Below, piece after piece: positions 1 to 10,314 of a DNA stretch of 64,000 bases; the stretch's first letter is position 1, and each line of letters starts with the position of its first letter. Made by a program: the position numbers and the translations under genes. This DNA is from Dehalococcoidia bacterium (lineage in GTDB: Bacteria; Chloroflexota; Dehalococcoidia; Plut-88900), in the NCBI GenBank assembly GCA_965116945.1, contig OZ220734.1:65257-129256 (forward strand), written 5' to 3'. The notes beneath the pieces were generated by a model. That model saw only the letters and a program-made list of their open reading frames with translations. It was not told the origin of the DNA and made no database searches.

Positions 1-349
1 CTGCCAGCACGCGGACCCATCCGCATGGCAGGCTAATCGGTATCGGTTGGGTTGGATCATCGAAATTGTGCAAGTAGCCCCAATCGGGAGGAATCGGTTT
101 GCTCAATGCCAGTCGTTCAACATACCTGCGCACCGCCGTATGACGCCCCGTACCCGGGGGGCCAGATATAAACAGGTTGAACCCCTGGGCGTCGATTCCC
201 AGTGCCAGCTCCAGCGCTCTTTCAGCCCTCTCCTGGCCAATCAACCCTTCAAGAGGTTCGACTTCATCCGTGGTGTCAAATCCAAGGCTGTCCGGGTCGC
301 AACGGTGCTTAAGCGAACTTAGGGGGACTTCCAGTCTCTCTATTCCCAT
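1..349 (-). CDS. Lon-like protease, N-terminal portion (AAA+-like domain; LonC-type with degenerate Walker A); gene continues beyond window start
   Basis: Minus-strand translation from ATG (revcomp of 347-349) gives MGIERLEVPLSSLKHRCDPDSLGFDTTDEVEPLEGLIGQERAERALELALGIDAQGFNLFISGPPGTGRHTAVRRYVERLALSKPIPPDWGYLHNF. This matches the Lon-related protease N-terminal pattern. The Walker A is GPPGTGRHT (Arg in place of Lys). An SD-like aggggtcagct precedes the ATG. The + strand ORF 47..322 is spurious. Confidence 0.5.
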   Translation of the reverse strand, partial: MGIERLEVPLSSLKHRCDPDSLGFDTTDEVEPLEGLIGQERAERALELALGIDAQGFNLFISGPPGTGRHTAVRRYVERLALSKPIPPDWGYLHNFDDPTQPIPISLPCGWVRVLA

Positions 350-410
350 AGCTGACCCCTAGCGTCTACTGCTTCTGCTCGGCACAATTACCGTGCATCT
401 TCTAATACTA

Positions 411-445
411 GTCGGCGGGACAGGCCTAGGGCCTGTCCCGCCGAC
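411..445. other. Perfect 35-bp palindrome (16-bp arms around cctagg centre) between the Lon-like gene start and the M16 peptidase stop
   Basis: gtcggcgggacaggcc-tag-ggcctgtcccgccgac read directly; no U-tract on either strand. It could be a factor-binding site or a Rho-independent-like hairpin. Confidence 0.3.
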
Positions 446-517
446 CGGATTGTCAATTTCTATTGTAACGCTCCATGGCCCCGCATCGGCCTCACGACTC
501 CAGGAGCCCGACCGCTA

Positions 518-3500
518 CTATTCTTCCACCGGGTAAAGCACCACCCTCAAATAGCGGTCTGGCGTGAAGTAACGCTGTGCTGTGGCGGAGACCTCCTCAA
601 GGGTCAGAGCCTCCAGCCTTTCGTCAAACCCGACAATTTCCACGAAGGGCTCTCCCCGCTGGGAGGCTGCCATGATCTGGCCCAGCCAGAACCCGTTGTC
701 TCTCAACTGCTCAGCCCGAGATGTACGCATTTGCTCCTTGAAGTTGTCCAGGTAACTCTGCTCTCCACCTTCGTGCAGCCAATCCACTTCCGCCATCACC
801 TCGCCGAAGAGCTCGTCCACCCTGTCGGGGTCGCTCCCGAAGATGATATAAGCCAGGTATTCGGGGTCGGGCAGGCTGGATGTGCTTGCCCTAACCCCTA
901 TGAAGTAGGTGCCGCCAAGCTGCTCCCTGACCCGTTCCCGCAGCCGGGTCCCGAGTACCTCGCCCGCCGCTGAGAGCGCCAAGTTCTCCGACCTGCTCCA
1001 CTCCACATCTCCGGCGAACAACACCAGCGTGTTGCTTCGAGGCTCGATGCCACTGTAAACCGCCTCGTCTATCAACCCCATCGGCGGATCGACTCCGTGG
1101 TCGACCCACTGTTCGACACGACCAGTGCTAGGCAGGCTTGCCAGGTAAGTGGCAGTTAGTGAGCGCAGTTCGTCCCAATCAAACGCCCCCACGAACACGA
1201 AGGTGGAGTCGGAAAGATCCTCGAACCTGTCGGCAATGACCGATTCAACCCCTTCGATACTTAATTCTTCCAAGAGTTCGACCGATAGGGGCCGAGCCCG
1301 GTGGTGGCCCTGGCTTAGCAGCGAGTTCACCCTATTGAACAGAACGGAATCAGGCTCCGCCGCGCTGAACTCGGCGCTGCTTTGCAATCTGGATGCGTGA
1401 TTGGCGTAGTTATCGGGATCCACACGAGGCTGGGTAGCGTACAAGGTGATGAGCTGGAACATCGTTTCCATGTCCTCAGGAGATGCTCTCCCGCTGAGGC
1501 CCTCGAACAACTCCTCTATATATGGGGACACTGACACCCTTTCACCGGCCAGAAGCTTGTCCAGTGTCACGCCATCATGCGGACCTGCTCCACTGTCAGC
1601 TGCGATGGCTGCGCCGAACAGGGCTGATACGTGGTCCTCGTCGGATACCAGCGAATGCCCTCCAGGGCTGAAAGACCTGAACATCACTTCGTCATTCTTG
1701 AAGTCGGTTTGCTTTGCTATAACGGTGACGCCATTGGACAGAGTCCACTTAACCGCATCTATCGAATCAATTGGTTCTTCGGCGGTGATTGCGCCCGGGG
1801 TCGGGATTGTAGCCAAAAGGGGTGTATCTCCCACGTCATCTTCGTAAGCTTCCACCATCAGATCGTTGGCGCTCTCTATCTGGGCCAGCGTGGCCGCCGC
1901 AAGCTCGACGTCCGATCTGAATTCTGTTTCCTCGGGCCTGACTACCAGGAGTGCAGTATCTACGGTCTCGGTCCATGATTTGGTTACCGCCTCGAACTCC
2001 GGTAGTGTGATTTGCGGCAACAGCTCCTGGTACAACTCCCATGTGGCCTCAATGCCCGGGACTGGAGTTCCGGTGAAGAAGTGGTTCACGTATTCGTCTA
2101 CCAGGGACCCGGATTCAGTCTGTTCTCGTTGCTTGTATGCGCTCTCTACTGAGCTCAGTAGATTACTCTTTTCTCGAGCCAGCTCCCCCTGGGTGAATCC
2201 GTGCTGGCCTGCCCGTTGCATCTCCTCCAGTACTGCTCCAAGACCCGTTTCGATGCCGTCCGGATTTACCCATGCCTGGAATATCGCGATGTCCAGCGTC
2301 TCAACGTAATTGGAACGTCCGCTCTCCGACCACAGGTAAGGGGCATCCACTGACTGGCCTCGCTCAAACATCCGAGCGTTCAACATCATGTAAGCAAGCT
2401 GCTCCACCACGAACCGACGAAATGCCCCCAGGTCCCGACCGCTCTCCGGCGCTAGTTTTCGGATGAGCAGGAACTGGCTGCCCGGCGATTCGGGATCGGT
2501 AAAGACTTCGATGCGAGGCGCCTCATGGGTCTCGAAATCGAAGCTTGGCCTGTCCGTGGTACTGGCGACTGCCCGTTCCTGGGTGGCCTCCCCTTCGGGG
2601 GGCGGAGCGAAGTGCTGCCTGATCTTCCCCTCCATATCCTCCACATCGAAGTCGCCAACAGCTACTATCGCCATCAGGTCGGGTTTGTACCACTTCTCGT
2701 AGTAGCCGCGTAGGTCTTCTACAGTTGCATTCTCCACAACTTCCGGCAGGCCAATCGGGGCCCGACTGGCATAACGAGAAGATCCGAACAGGAGCTGCAA
2801 GAGGTTGTCCTGCAGCCTTGAGTTGAACCCCTGTCCCAGCCGCCACTCTTCCAGGACCACGTCTCGCTCTAGTTCTACCTCTTCCGCATCGAAGCTGATA
2901 GCGTAAGCCCAGTCGCTGAGAATCCGGAACGCATTCTCTGTAATTTCGGGGTCATCGGTAGGGATTTCAAGGAAGTACAACGTTTCATCGAAACTGGTGT
3001 AGGCGTTGAGATCCGCACCGAATGTGCTTCCAATGGACTCGATGTATTCAACTATCTCCTGTTTCTCGAAGCGCTCAGTTCCGTTAAATGCCATGTGCTC
3101 GACGAAGTGAGCCAGGCCCCGCTCGTCCTCTTCCTCCAGCGCCGAGCCAGCCCTGACCGCAAGCGCTATGTGTGCGCGGTCCCGAGGTTCTTCGTTATGC
3201 CTTATGTAATAGCTCAAGCCGTTCGAAAGCGTTCCACGCACAACTAAGGGATCGAAGGCCAGATCTTCTGGAGTTTCCTCCTCTTCCTCCTCAGGTACTA
3301 TTGGTTCAGGCGCAGGGGTTGGAGTTGGTGTCGGCTCGGGCTCGGGGGTGGGAGTAGGTTCTGCGGGCTCAGGTGTGGCCGTGGGCTGAGGTGACGGAAT
3401 CGCCGTCGGCTCAGTTGCTGGTGCCTCGGGGGTGGGGGCCACCGACGTTGAAGTTGGGTGGGGTTCCGCCGTTGGTGCGATGCCACAGGCAACTGCAATT

Positions 3501-3556
3501 CCAATCACCAGCATGACGCCTATCAAGGTTAGCCCTGCGGTATGTTTAAACTTCAT
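518..3556 (-). CDS. Peptidase M16 (pitrilysin/insulinase) family zinc protease, two M16 units; N-terminal signal/lipoprotein-like anchor and Pro/Thr/Glu-rich linker
   Basis: HFVEHMAF inverted zinc-binding HxxEH motif. Product ~1000 aa. N-terminus MKFKHTAGLTLIGVMLVIGIAVAC (signal peptide ending in Cys) followed by ~100 aa low-complexity PTPEP linker. Start chosen at the internal Met (3556) over the ORF maximum at 3628. Confidence 0.85.
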   Translation of the reverse strand: MKFKHTAGLTLIGVMLVIGIAVACGIAPTAEPHPTSTSVAPTPEAPATEPTAIPSPQPTATPEPAEPTPTPEPEPTPTPTPAPEPIVPEEEEEETPEDLAFDPLVVRGTLSNGLSYYIRHNEEPRDRAHIALAVRAGSALEEEDERGLAHFVEHMAFNGTERFEKQEIVEYIESIGSTFGADLNAYTSFDETLYFLEIPTDDPEITENAFRILSDWAYAISFDAEEVELERDVVLEEWRLGQGFNSRLQDNLLQLLFGSSRYASRAPIGLPEVVENATVEDLRGYYEKWYKPDLMAIVAVGDFDVEDMEGKIRQHFAPPPEGEATQERAVASTTDRPSFDFETHEAPRIEVFTDPESPGSQFLLIRKLAPESGRDLGAFRRFVVEQLAYMMLNARMFERGQSVDAPYLWSESGRSNYVETLDIAIFQAWVNPDGIETGLGAVLEEMQRAGQHGFTQGELAREKSNLLSSVESAYKQREQTESGSLVDEYVNHFFTGTPVPGIEATWELYQELLPQITLPEFEAVTKSWTETVDTALLVVRPEETEFRSDVELAAATLAQIESANDLMVEAYEDDVGDTPLLATIPTPGAITAEEPIDSIDAVKWTLSNGVTVIAKQTDFKNDEVMFRSFSPGGHSLVSDEDHVSALFGAAIAADSGAGPHDGVTLDKLLAGERVSVSPYIEELFEGLSGRASPEDMETMFQLITLYATQPRVDPDNYANHASRLQSSAEFSAAEPDSVLFNRVNSLLSQGHHRARPLSVELLEELSIEGVESVIADRFEDLSDSTFVFVGAFDWDELRSLTATYLASLPSTGRVEQWVDHGVDPPMGLIDEAVYSGIEPRSNTLVLFAGDVEWSRSENLALSAAGEVLGTRLRERVREQLGGTYFIGVRASTSSLPDPEYLAYIIFGSDPDRVDELFGEVMAEVDWLHEGGEQSYLDNFKEQMRTSRAEQLRDNGFWLGQIMAASQRGEPFVEIVGFDERLEALTLEEVSATAQRYFTPDRYLRVVLYPVEE

Positions 3557-3773
3557 ACTCGTACTACTCGTTCTGCTATACATTTGTATCTTTAGTTTGC
3601 CCAACCGGGGTATTTTAACATTCACCACCTTAGGTTAAGGGAAAGCATACTTTTCTTGATGCAATCCATACATCAGACACAAGTTTGCAATCGGTGTCGA
3701 ACTGATAGCAAATTACAAATATCTTCTCCACCCCTTGCGTTCTCGGTTACGATTTAATTGCAAACATAAAGAA

Positions 3774-5756
3774 ATGCTAGTCGCCTCCAACATATCCAAG
3801 TCTTACCCTGGCAAGACACTCTTTGCCGGACTCACCTTCACCCTTGCCCCGGGAGATCGTATCGCCCTCATCGGCCCAAACGGCTCCGGCAAGACCACCC
3901 TTCTGGATATACTCGCCGGGCAAACCGAGCCCGAGACCGGCGCCATTTCACGCCGGCGTAGCGTCACCCTGGGCTACCTTAAGCAGGAACCCGAGACATT
4001 TTCAGGCAAACCTCTCTTACAGGAAGTCCTGGATGCTGACCCAGAGTTAAATAGTCTGCTGGAAGAGATTACTGTTGTGCGGGAAGACTTGGCCTCAGAG
4101 CCCGACGCTGCCCAGCAGTCAATTCTTATGGACCGGCTCAGTGATCTTGACGCCGCACTGGAAGCCGCAGGAGGAGAAGCCCGTGAGCATGAGGCCGAAG
4201 CCATTCTCTCGGGGCTCGGATTCAGGGAGAGTGACTTTGACAGACCGATGAACGAATTCAGTGGGGGATGGGTAATGCGGGCGGGACTCGCAAAGATTCT
4301 CTTCAGGAAGCCCGACCTCCTGCTTCTCGATGAACCCACAAACCACCTGGACCTGGAGGCCAACCTCTGGTTCGAAAGGTATCTGGCTTCTTATCCGGGC
4401 GGAGTCCTCGTAACTTCCCACGACCGTGCATTTCTGAACCAGACCGTGAACAAGGTCCTCGCCATTGAGCCGGACGAAATAGCCCTTCACAAGGGAAATT
4501 ACGATGATTACCTCGTGAATCGGGAGCGCACTATCGATGCAAAACTCGCCGCAGCCGCTCGACAGGAACGGGAGATTCGCCGACAAATGCGCTTCGTAGA
4601 CCGGTTCCGCTATAAGGCCCGTAAGGCCAGCCAGGTCCAGTCCAGACTAAAGCAGCTGGGAAAGATGGAAGTCATCGAGCTGCCCAGGGCGACGAAAAAG
4701 GTCAACTACTCTTTCCCCAAGCCCCCACGCAGCGGTTCGGAAGTCATAACCCTGCTCAACATCCGGAAGGCCTATGGAGACAACGTTGTCTACAAGAATT
4801 TGAACCTCACCCTTGCTCGTGGTGATCGAGTGGCTTTGATAGGTCCGAATGGCGCAGGAAAAACCACACTGCTGAAAATCCTGGCGGACGTCGTGCCCTT
4901 CGAGGGTGGTGAGAGAAAGACCGGCCACAACGTCATAACCACCTACTATGCACAGCACGTTCTGGAACTCCTCACCCCGACCCATACACTTCTCGAGGAG
5001 CTACGTGAGGCCGCTCCCTCGGAGCCCGACCAGAATCTCCGCAACACACTTGGCGGATTCCTGTTCGCCGGCGACGACGTAGATAAGCGCATTTCTGTGT
5101 TGTCAGGTGGTGAAAAGGCACGCGTGGCCCTTGCCAAGTTGCTCCTGCAGCCCAGTAATCTTCTCCTCATGGACGAGCCTACTAACCATCTAGACATCGC
5201 CTCCCGGGAGGTACTGGCCGACGCCCTTGGCGACTACCGGGGAACGATCTGTTTCATCACCCACGACCGAACACTGATTCGCCAGGTCGCCAACAAGATT
5301 ATCGAGGTGGACGGGGGTCGTATCGCCGTCTATCCGGGAGACTACGACAGCTACCTCTACCTTAAGCAGAATAAGCCGAACCAGGTCATGGCCACATCAA
5401 CACCTGTTTCTCAGAGTGAGGAGAACCCCCACGAAGTCCCGACCCTCTCCCGCAATGGCAAGTCCATCTCACCTGAAGAGCGTCAGCGCCGCACCCTCAA
5501 CACCGAGGCCCGCAAGCTCGCCAAACAGATAGAAACCATCAACGATTCCCTGACCGACCGCGAGGCTCGCATCGCCCAATTTGAAGAGATGTTCTCCAAC
5601 CCGGACCGCTTTGCCGATTCGGACCAGATCGCATCCACCGCGGAGGCATATGAAGCCCTCAAGGGTGAAACCCAGTCCCTCTGGGAAGAATGGGAAAGAC
5701 TCTCCCTGGAAGCAGAGGCCGTCGATGGCAAGCTGACGGCGCTCAACTCCAGCTAG
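3774..5756 (+). CDS. ABC-F family ATPase (two ABC domains, C-terminal coiled coil; EttA/Uup/YheS-like translation factor type)
   Basis: Two Walker A motifs ([18 protein letters not shown]). Two ABC signatures ([29 protein letters not shown]). No TM domain. AT-rich promoter-like region upstream (3629-3773). Confidence 0.85.
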   Translation: MLVASNISKSYPGKTLFAGLTFTLAPGDRIALIGPNGSGKTTLLDILAGQTEPETGAISRRRSVTLGYLKQEPETFSGKPLLQEVLDADPELNSLLEEITVVREDLASEPDAAQQSILMDRLSDLDAALEAAGGEAREHEAEAILSGLGFRESDFDRPMNEFSGGWVMRAGLAKILFRKPDLLLLDEPTNHLDLEANLWFERYLASYPGGVLVTSHDRAFLNQTVNKVLAIEPDEIALHKGNYDDYLVNRERTIDAKLAAAARQEREIRRQMRFVDRFRYKARKASQVQSRLKQLGKMEVIELPRATKKVNYSFPKPPRSGSEVITLLNIRKAYGDNVVYKNLNLTLARGDRVALIGPNGAGKTTLLKILADVVPFEGGERKTGHNVITTYYAQHVLELLTPTHTLLEELREAAPSEPDQNLRNTLGGFLFAGDDVDKRISVLSGGEKARVALAKLLLQPSNLLLMDEPTNHLDIASREVLADALGDYRGTICFITHDRTLIRQVANKIIEVDGGRIAVYPGDYDSYLYLKQNKPNQVMATSTPVSQSEENPHEVPTLSRNGKSISPEERQRRTLNTEARKLAKQIETINDSLTDREARIAQFEEMFSNPDRFADSDQIASTAEAYEALKGETQSLWEEWERLSLEAEAVDGKLTALNSS

Positions 5757-5776
5757 CCTGGCCTATATACCCCTTT

Positions 5777-6823
5777 CTAGCTCCTGAAGTGCGGCATTAT
5801 GGAGCGGCCCACCTCCTCCAGCATCCACTTTTTGTCGATGATAGTGTAGGTGGCTGTGGAGACCGTAGTCACCCCGGCCTCGGCCAGTTTGTTGATCCCC
5901 TCGCAGATCTCATCCACAGACCCGACTAGGTGGATACAATCGATAACTCGCTGGGTCATGTGCTGGGCGTAAGGGGCATCCATCTTCTCGAACCAGGGAT
6001 CGTAGCCGTCTTCCCGGGTGAACTCGGCTTTCGCCGCAGCGTAGCGGTTCATATCGTCGGTGATGCCAGGGCTCTCCCGCTCCAAGTCTTCGAACAACTT
6101 CACGATGTCAGGTTGATTCTTGTTGCGCTCCAGGACGTGAATTCCGAAGGGAACGTAACCGGAAATCTCCCTGTGTGCCTTTTGCTTGTCATCCATCACA
6201 TAAATGTAGGAGCGCACGCAGATGTCGATCTTGGTCGGGTCCCGACCCGCCCTCTCGGCGCCGCGATATATGTGGTCAACCTTCCACTTGACCAGGGCTG
6301 GCGGACCGCCCATGAAATAGACGCCGTCGGCAACCTCTCCAGCCAGCTGTAGAGACCGGGGCCCGTCTCCCGCCAGGTACAGCGGCACAGAACCTCGAAT
6401 CCACTCCGAAATCATTCTCTGGCCCTTGTACTCCGCTTCCTCACCAGCCATGAACTTCCTGACGAACATGGTCGCGTCCCTTAGATCATTGTGAGGAATG
6501 GGCTTCATGATCTTGCCAAAAGGCCCCCCCGCCCCGAGGCCCAGGAACGCTCTACCCCCTGTCAGCTCGTTCAGGGTGGCGGCTGCATTGGCCAAGGTGG
6601 AGGGGTGGTAGGTCTTCGGGTCCACCACGGCCTGCCCGATGCGGATGCGTCGGGTGCTCATGGCCGCTATCGCGCACATCATGTGAACTTCCCGGGACAG
6701 GTAGGGTTCGTCCACCAGGGTCATGTGGGAGAAACCGGCCTCGTCTGCGGTGCGCGCCAGGTCGCCTATCTCGTCAATCCTTTCGTTCCGCCCCATCCCC
6801 ACCCCAAAGTTCACTTTAACCAT
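5777..6823 (-). CDS. LLM-class (luciferase-like) flavin/F420-dependent oxidoreductase
   Basis: MVKVNFGVGMG...GFSHMTLVDEPY...GRAFLGLGAGG is typical of the LLM TIM-barrel family. Paralogous to 33866..34900. Start set at MVKV, preceded by a ggag SD. Confidence 0.8.
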   Translation of the reverse strand: MVKVNFGVGMGRNERIDEIGDLARTADEAGFSHMTLVDEPYLSREVHMMCAIAAMSTRRIRIGQAVVDPKTYHPSTLANAAATLNELTGGRAFLGLGAGGPFGKIMKPIPHNDLRDATMFVRKFMAGEEAEYKGQRMISEWIRGSVPLYLAGDGPRSLQLAGEVADGVYFMGGPPALVKWKVDHIYRGAERAGRDPTKIDICVRSYIYVMDDKQKAHREISGYVPFGIHVLERNKNQPDIVKLFEDLERESPGITDDMNRYAAAKAEFTREDGYDPWFEKMDAPYAQHMTQRVIDCIHLVGSVDEICEGINKLAEAGVTTVSTATYTIIDKKWMLEEVGRSIMPHFRS

Positions 6824-6904
6824 ATTTCTACTCCGACCTTGCCTTCGCGTTGCCATCAACCGAGCACCACGTCATGCGCCGGTCCGATATCTCCGTCCCT
6901 TCAA

Positions 6905-8053
6905 TCAGCGGTGGAGTCCATACAGCCTCACTGCACTCTCCCCGATGATCTGCCTCTGGTCCTTCTCCGAAAGATTCCCGATGGTCTCCTTGAGTTCTGC
7001 CAGCGGCTCTGTATGGCCTTCTCCATGGGGATAATCGGAACCCCATACCAATCTTTCAGCCCCTAGCATCTGGGCAGTGAATGAGAATGCCTTTTCATCA
7101 GGTTCCCCGGATATCCAGCACTGCCGTTTGAAATAATCGCTGGGCAGCATACTTACGTTCGGCTCCCGGGCCATTGCCGCGTCCATGGCATCAAGCCACG
7201 CGGGCATCCATCCGCAGTGAGCCTCCACCACTCCCAACTTCAGTTCCCGGAAACGGTCGAATACGCCTCCGTGAATGAATGTTGTGAAAGCCAACTGACA
7301 GTCCAGCTTCTGCATTAGCCCGTACCAGAACGCGTTGCTGGTAAAGGTGGCCTTGTACAATTCGTGTCCCGTGTACTTGGGCGTACTGCTCACGTGGATT
7401 CCGATTGGCAGGCCTATTTCCTGCACTTCGGCCCAGAACGGGTCGTAGTATTTCTCTCCGTAGGGAATCCCGTTAACCGGCGGGTTCGGAAACATATAAA
7501 CTCCCTTTGCCCCGAGCCCCGCCGTCCTCTTCACTTCGTCTATACCGTTTTCAACCTCCATCAGGGAAATCATGGCTATGGGTATCAACCTGCCCGGATA
7601 TGGCCGGCAGAAATCGATAATCCAGTCGTTATAGACTCGGCAATAGGCCGCCGCCAGACCCGCGTCCGCGCATTCCGTCTGCCAATTGAGCCCAAGCGAT
7701 GGGTACAGGAACGCCATGTCGATGCCCTGTTCATCCATCCACTGTATCCGGGCATGGGGGTCCTTGGAACCCGGGCTCCGACAGTCCTCCCAGTTCAGAA
7801 ACTCCGGATTATGCTCTTCTCTTCTCCAGGCCACCCCCTCATCCAGGCTCCCGAGAAACCCCAGCGCACCGTCAAGCACCTGCGACCGGTTTCCATCAAT
7901 CTCCAGAAAGTCGAGCCCGTCGTCACCCCTCACCACCTGCATAGCCCTGTCCCGGTACCGGGGTTCGAGATTTTCGCTCCAAAGGTCTCCGGGCTCCATG
8001 ATGTGCCCGTCGGCGTCCGCAACCACTCCGTTGAATTTACCGTTCGTTACCAC
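6905..8053 (-). CDS. Amidohydrolase-2 family metal-dependent hydrolase (ACMSD-like TIM barrel)
   Basis: N-terminal DADGHIMEP motif, the HxH-type metal site of Amidohydro_2. Length 382 aa. Confidence 0.75.
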   Translation of the reverse strand: MVTNGKFNGVVADADGHIMEPGDLWSENLEPRYRDRAMQVVRGDDGLDFLEIDGNRSQVLDGALGFLGSLDEGVAWRREEHNPEFLNWEDCRSPGSKDPHARIQWMDEQGIDMAFLYPSLGLNWQTECADAGLAAAYCRVYNDWIIDFCRPYPGRLIPIAMISLMEVENGIDEVKRTAGLGAKGVYMFPNPPVNGIPYGEKYYDPFWAEVQEIGLPIGIHVSSTPKYTGHELYKATFTSNAFWYGLMQKLDCQLAFTTFIHGGVFDRFRELKLGVVEAHCGWMPAWLDAMDAAMAREPNVSMLPSDYFKRQCWISGEPDEKAFSFTAQMLGAERLVWGSDYPHGEGHTEPLAELKETIGNLSEKDQRQIIGESAVRLYGLHR

Positions 8054-8190
8054 GTTAGGTTCCTCCCTTCTAACATCCCTGCTGCAAGAGGCTGGTTACG
8101 TTCCAGCACGCTAGCGACTTCCGCTGTTGTTGCTTCCCTCCGATACGGGTGACTTTATCATGGCATTGTCAATGTGTCGCAGGAAGTACG

Positions 8191-9558
8191 CTACTTCCCT
8201 ATGCAGAACCTCGAGAATATCGTATGCAGCAAATCATCAGTCACCGTTTCGCCCGTGATCTCCCCCAGGGCATTGAGGCCCGCGGTCAGGTCTATCGTCA
8301 CGAAGTCGTCGGCCATACCATTCAGCAACGCCTCTTCAGCGGAGGCCAGGTGTCGCGCCGCAGCTTCCAGCGCCGCCTTCTGCCTGGTATTAGATAACAG
8401 CGCTTCCTCAGATCCCACCCCCTTGCCATTCAGGGCGGCTGCTACCATTCGCTTTCTTAACTGTTCCAGACCTTCACCCGTGACCATCGACGTGCGGACC
8501 ATGCCCGCGGGCAGCGAATCGGCGTCAACCACTCCCGGCAGGTCAGACTTGTTTGCAACGCCCACCGCGCTCCTCTCCCCAACCCGACAAATTAGATCCC
8601 TATCCTCCTCGGTAAGAGGCTGGCTGGTGTCCAATACCAGGACTGCAAAGTCCGCACCGTCCAGTGCCTTGCGGCTCCTCTCTATCCCGAGATGCTCCAC
8701 CGGGTCCGAAGTCTTGGTAAGGCCGGCCGTGTCCACCAGTACGAACGGAATCCCCTGGATGTTGACCATCTCCTCAACCGTGTCCCGGGTGGTCCCGGCA
8801 ATCGGCGTTACAATGGCCCGGTCCTGGTCCAGCAAACGATTCAGCAGGCTAGACTTACCCACGTTCGGCCGACCAACTATCGCGACCCTCACACCGTGCC
8901 TGTAGACGATGCCCACATCTGCTGAGTTGATCAATTGGGCCAGAGTCTCGGCCGCTCTGCGAATGACGGGCAACGGGTCTTCGGCAGGAACGTCGTCCTC
9001 CGGGAAGTCGATGCGTGCGGTGAGATAGGCTAGCACCCCCAGGATCTCGGTCCTCACTTCTCTCACCTTTGCAGAAAGTCCACCCTGAAGCCCATTCATG
9101 GCCACCCTCAGCCCCGCATCCGTCTTCGCTTCAATAACGTCCCGTACGGCCTCGGCCTGGGAAAGGTCCATCCGACCGTTGAGAAATGCCCGCAGTGTGA
9201 ACTCCCCCGGCCCCGCCGCCCTGGCCCCACTCGCCAATAGCGCCTTGAGAATCGCCTGCAATGACACCGCCCCCCCGTGCCCGTAGATCTCCACAGTGTC
9301 CTCGCAGGTGTAGCTGTTGGGCGCGAGCATGCAGGTTGCCATTACTTCATCCAGCACTGAGCCGTCTCCCGGGTCCAACACCTGCCCCAGACTGAGTCGC
9401 CGGTGAGACAACTGCCCATTGAACACCTGATTAGCGATGGGCAATGCCTCGGGCCCCGACACCCGCACCACTCCAATGGCCCCCTCACCGATGGGCGTGG
9501 ATATGGCCGCTATGGTATCGTCGTACAAGTTTTGCCCCCCGAGGCAATTATATGCCAC
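8191..9558 (-). CDS. mnmE: tRNA modification GTPase MnmE (TrmE)
   Basis: N-terminal DTIAAISTPIGEGAIGVVRVSG. G-domain motifs GRPNVGKSSLLN and DTAGL. C-terminal CIGK tetrapeptide diagnostic for MnmE. Confidence 0.92.
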   Translation of the reverse strand: MAYNCLGGQNLYDDTIAAISTPIGEGAIGVVRVSGPEALPIANQVFNGQLSHRRLSLGQVLDPGDGSVLDEVMATCMLAPNSYTCEDTVEIYGHGGAVSLQAILKALLASGARAAGPGEFTLRAFLNGRMDLSQAEAVRDVIEAKTDAGLRVAMNGLQGGLSAKVREVRTEILGVLAYLTARIDFPEDDVPAEDPLPVIRRAAETLAQLINSADVGIVYRHGVRVAIVGRPNVGKSSLLNRLLDQDRAIVTPIAGTTRDTVEEMVNIQGIPFVLVDTAGLTKTSDPVEHLGIERSRKALDGADFAVLVLDTSQPLTEEDRDLICRVGERSAVGVANKSDLPGVVDADSLPAGMVRTSMVTGEGLEQLRKRMVAAALNGKGVGSEEALLSNTRQKAALEAAARHLASAEEALLNGMADDFVTIDLTAGLNALGEITGETVTDDLLHTIFSRFCIGK

Positions 9559-9619
9559 CGGGAGTCGGGCCCATTCATTCGTGGTCGGCTATACTGACCC
9601 CCGACCAGGGAGCGCACCA

Positions 9620-10303
9620 TTGCAAAGACTGATAATCTTCGACGTTGACCAGACACTCCTTAGCACAAGGGGCGGCGATCGGAAGGCTCTGAATACTGCT
9701 TTTCGAGAGTTGTATGGCATAGATTATGCCTTCGAAGGTGTGGGATTCGGGGGTCGGATGGACCTTTCCATAATGGCTGAGGTATACCGAATAAATGAGG
9801 TGGCTGAAGGCGACAGGAGCTTGGATGAGTTCAAACCACGGTATTTTGAGCACCTTGCGCGGATTTTGCCGGAGTGGCAAGACGGAATAGTCTGTCCGGG
9901 CGTCAGGGAACTGCTAAAGGTCCTTGACTCTAATGAAGACGTGCAGTTGGGGCTTGCTACGGGGAATTTCCGGGAGGCCGCGTTTATCAAGTTGCAAAGA
10001 TATGGCCTCGACGGCTTCTTTAAAGAAGGGGGATTTGGGGGAGACCATCCGGAGCGCCCCGAGGTGGTCGCCGACGCCATAGCCAAGTGTCAGGCTCTGG
10101 CGGGCACTATCTACGAACGAAGCAACATATTCGTAATCGGCGACTCAATCTCCGACGTGAAGGCGGGGCAGGCCAACGGCATCAATTCCGTAGCTGTGGC
10201 AACGGGCCACTACGACACCCAAAAGCTGGCCTCCCTGAACCCGACATACATCTTCCCGGACCTCTCGGATACGGCGAAAGTTCTGGAAGCCCTGCTGAGC
10301 TAG
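9620..10303 (+). CDS. HAD-superfamily hydrolase (paralog 1 of tandem pair), probable TTG start
   Basis: (M)QRLIIFDVDQTLL DxD nucleophile motif. C-terminal GDSISDVKAG. TTG at 9620 in frame with gggag SD 8 nt upstream. Start inferred by alignment with paralog 2 (MQRLILFDVDLTLV). Confidence 0.75.
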   Translation: MQRLIIFDVDQTLLSTRGGDRKALNTAFRELYGIDYAFEGVGFGGRMDLSIMAEVYRINEVAEGDRSLDEFKPRYFEHLARILPEWQDGIVCPGVRELLKVLDSNEDVQLGLATGNFREAAFIKLQRYGLDGFFKEGGFGGDHPERPEVVADAIAKCQALAGTIYERSNIFVIGDSISDVKAGQANGINSVAVATGHYDTQKLASLNPTYIFPDLSDTAKVLEALLS

Positions 10304-10314
10304 ACCCTGCTGGT

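Noticed and set aside
47-322. ORF 47..322 (+) and 177..362 (+) from the six-frame track
   Set aside because: The composition is not protein-like. The opposite strand encodes a well-matching Lon-like protease N-terminus (MGIERLEVPLSS...) starting at 349, so the + strand ORFs are antisense artefacts.
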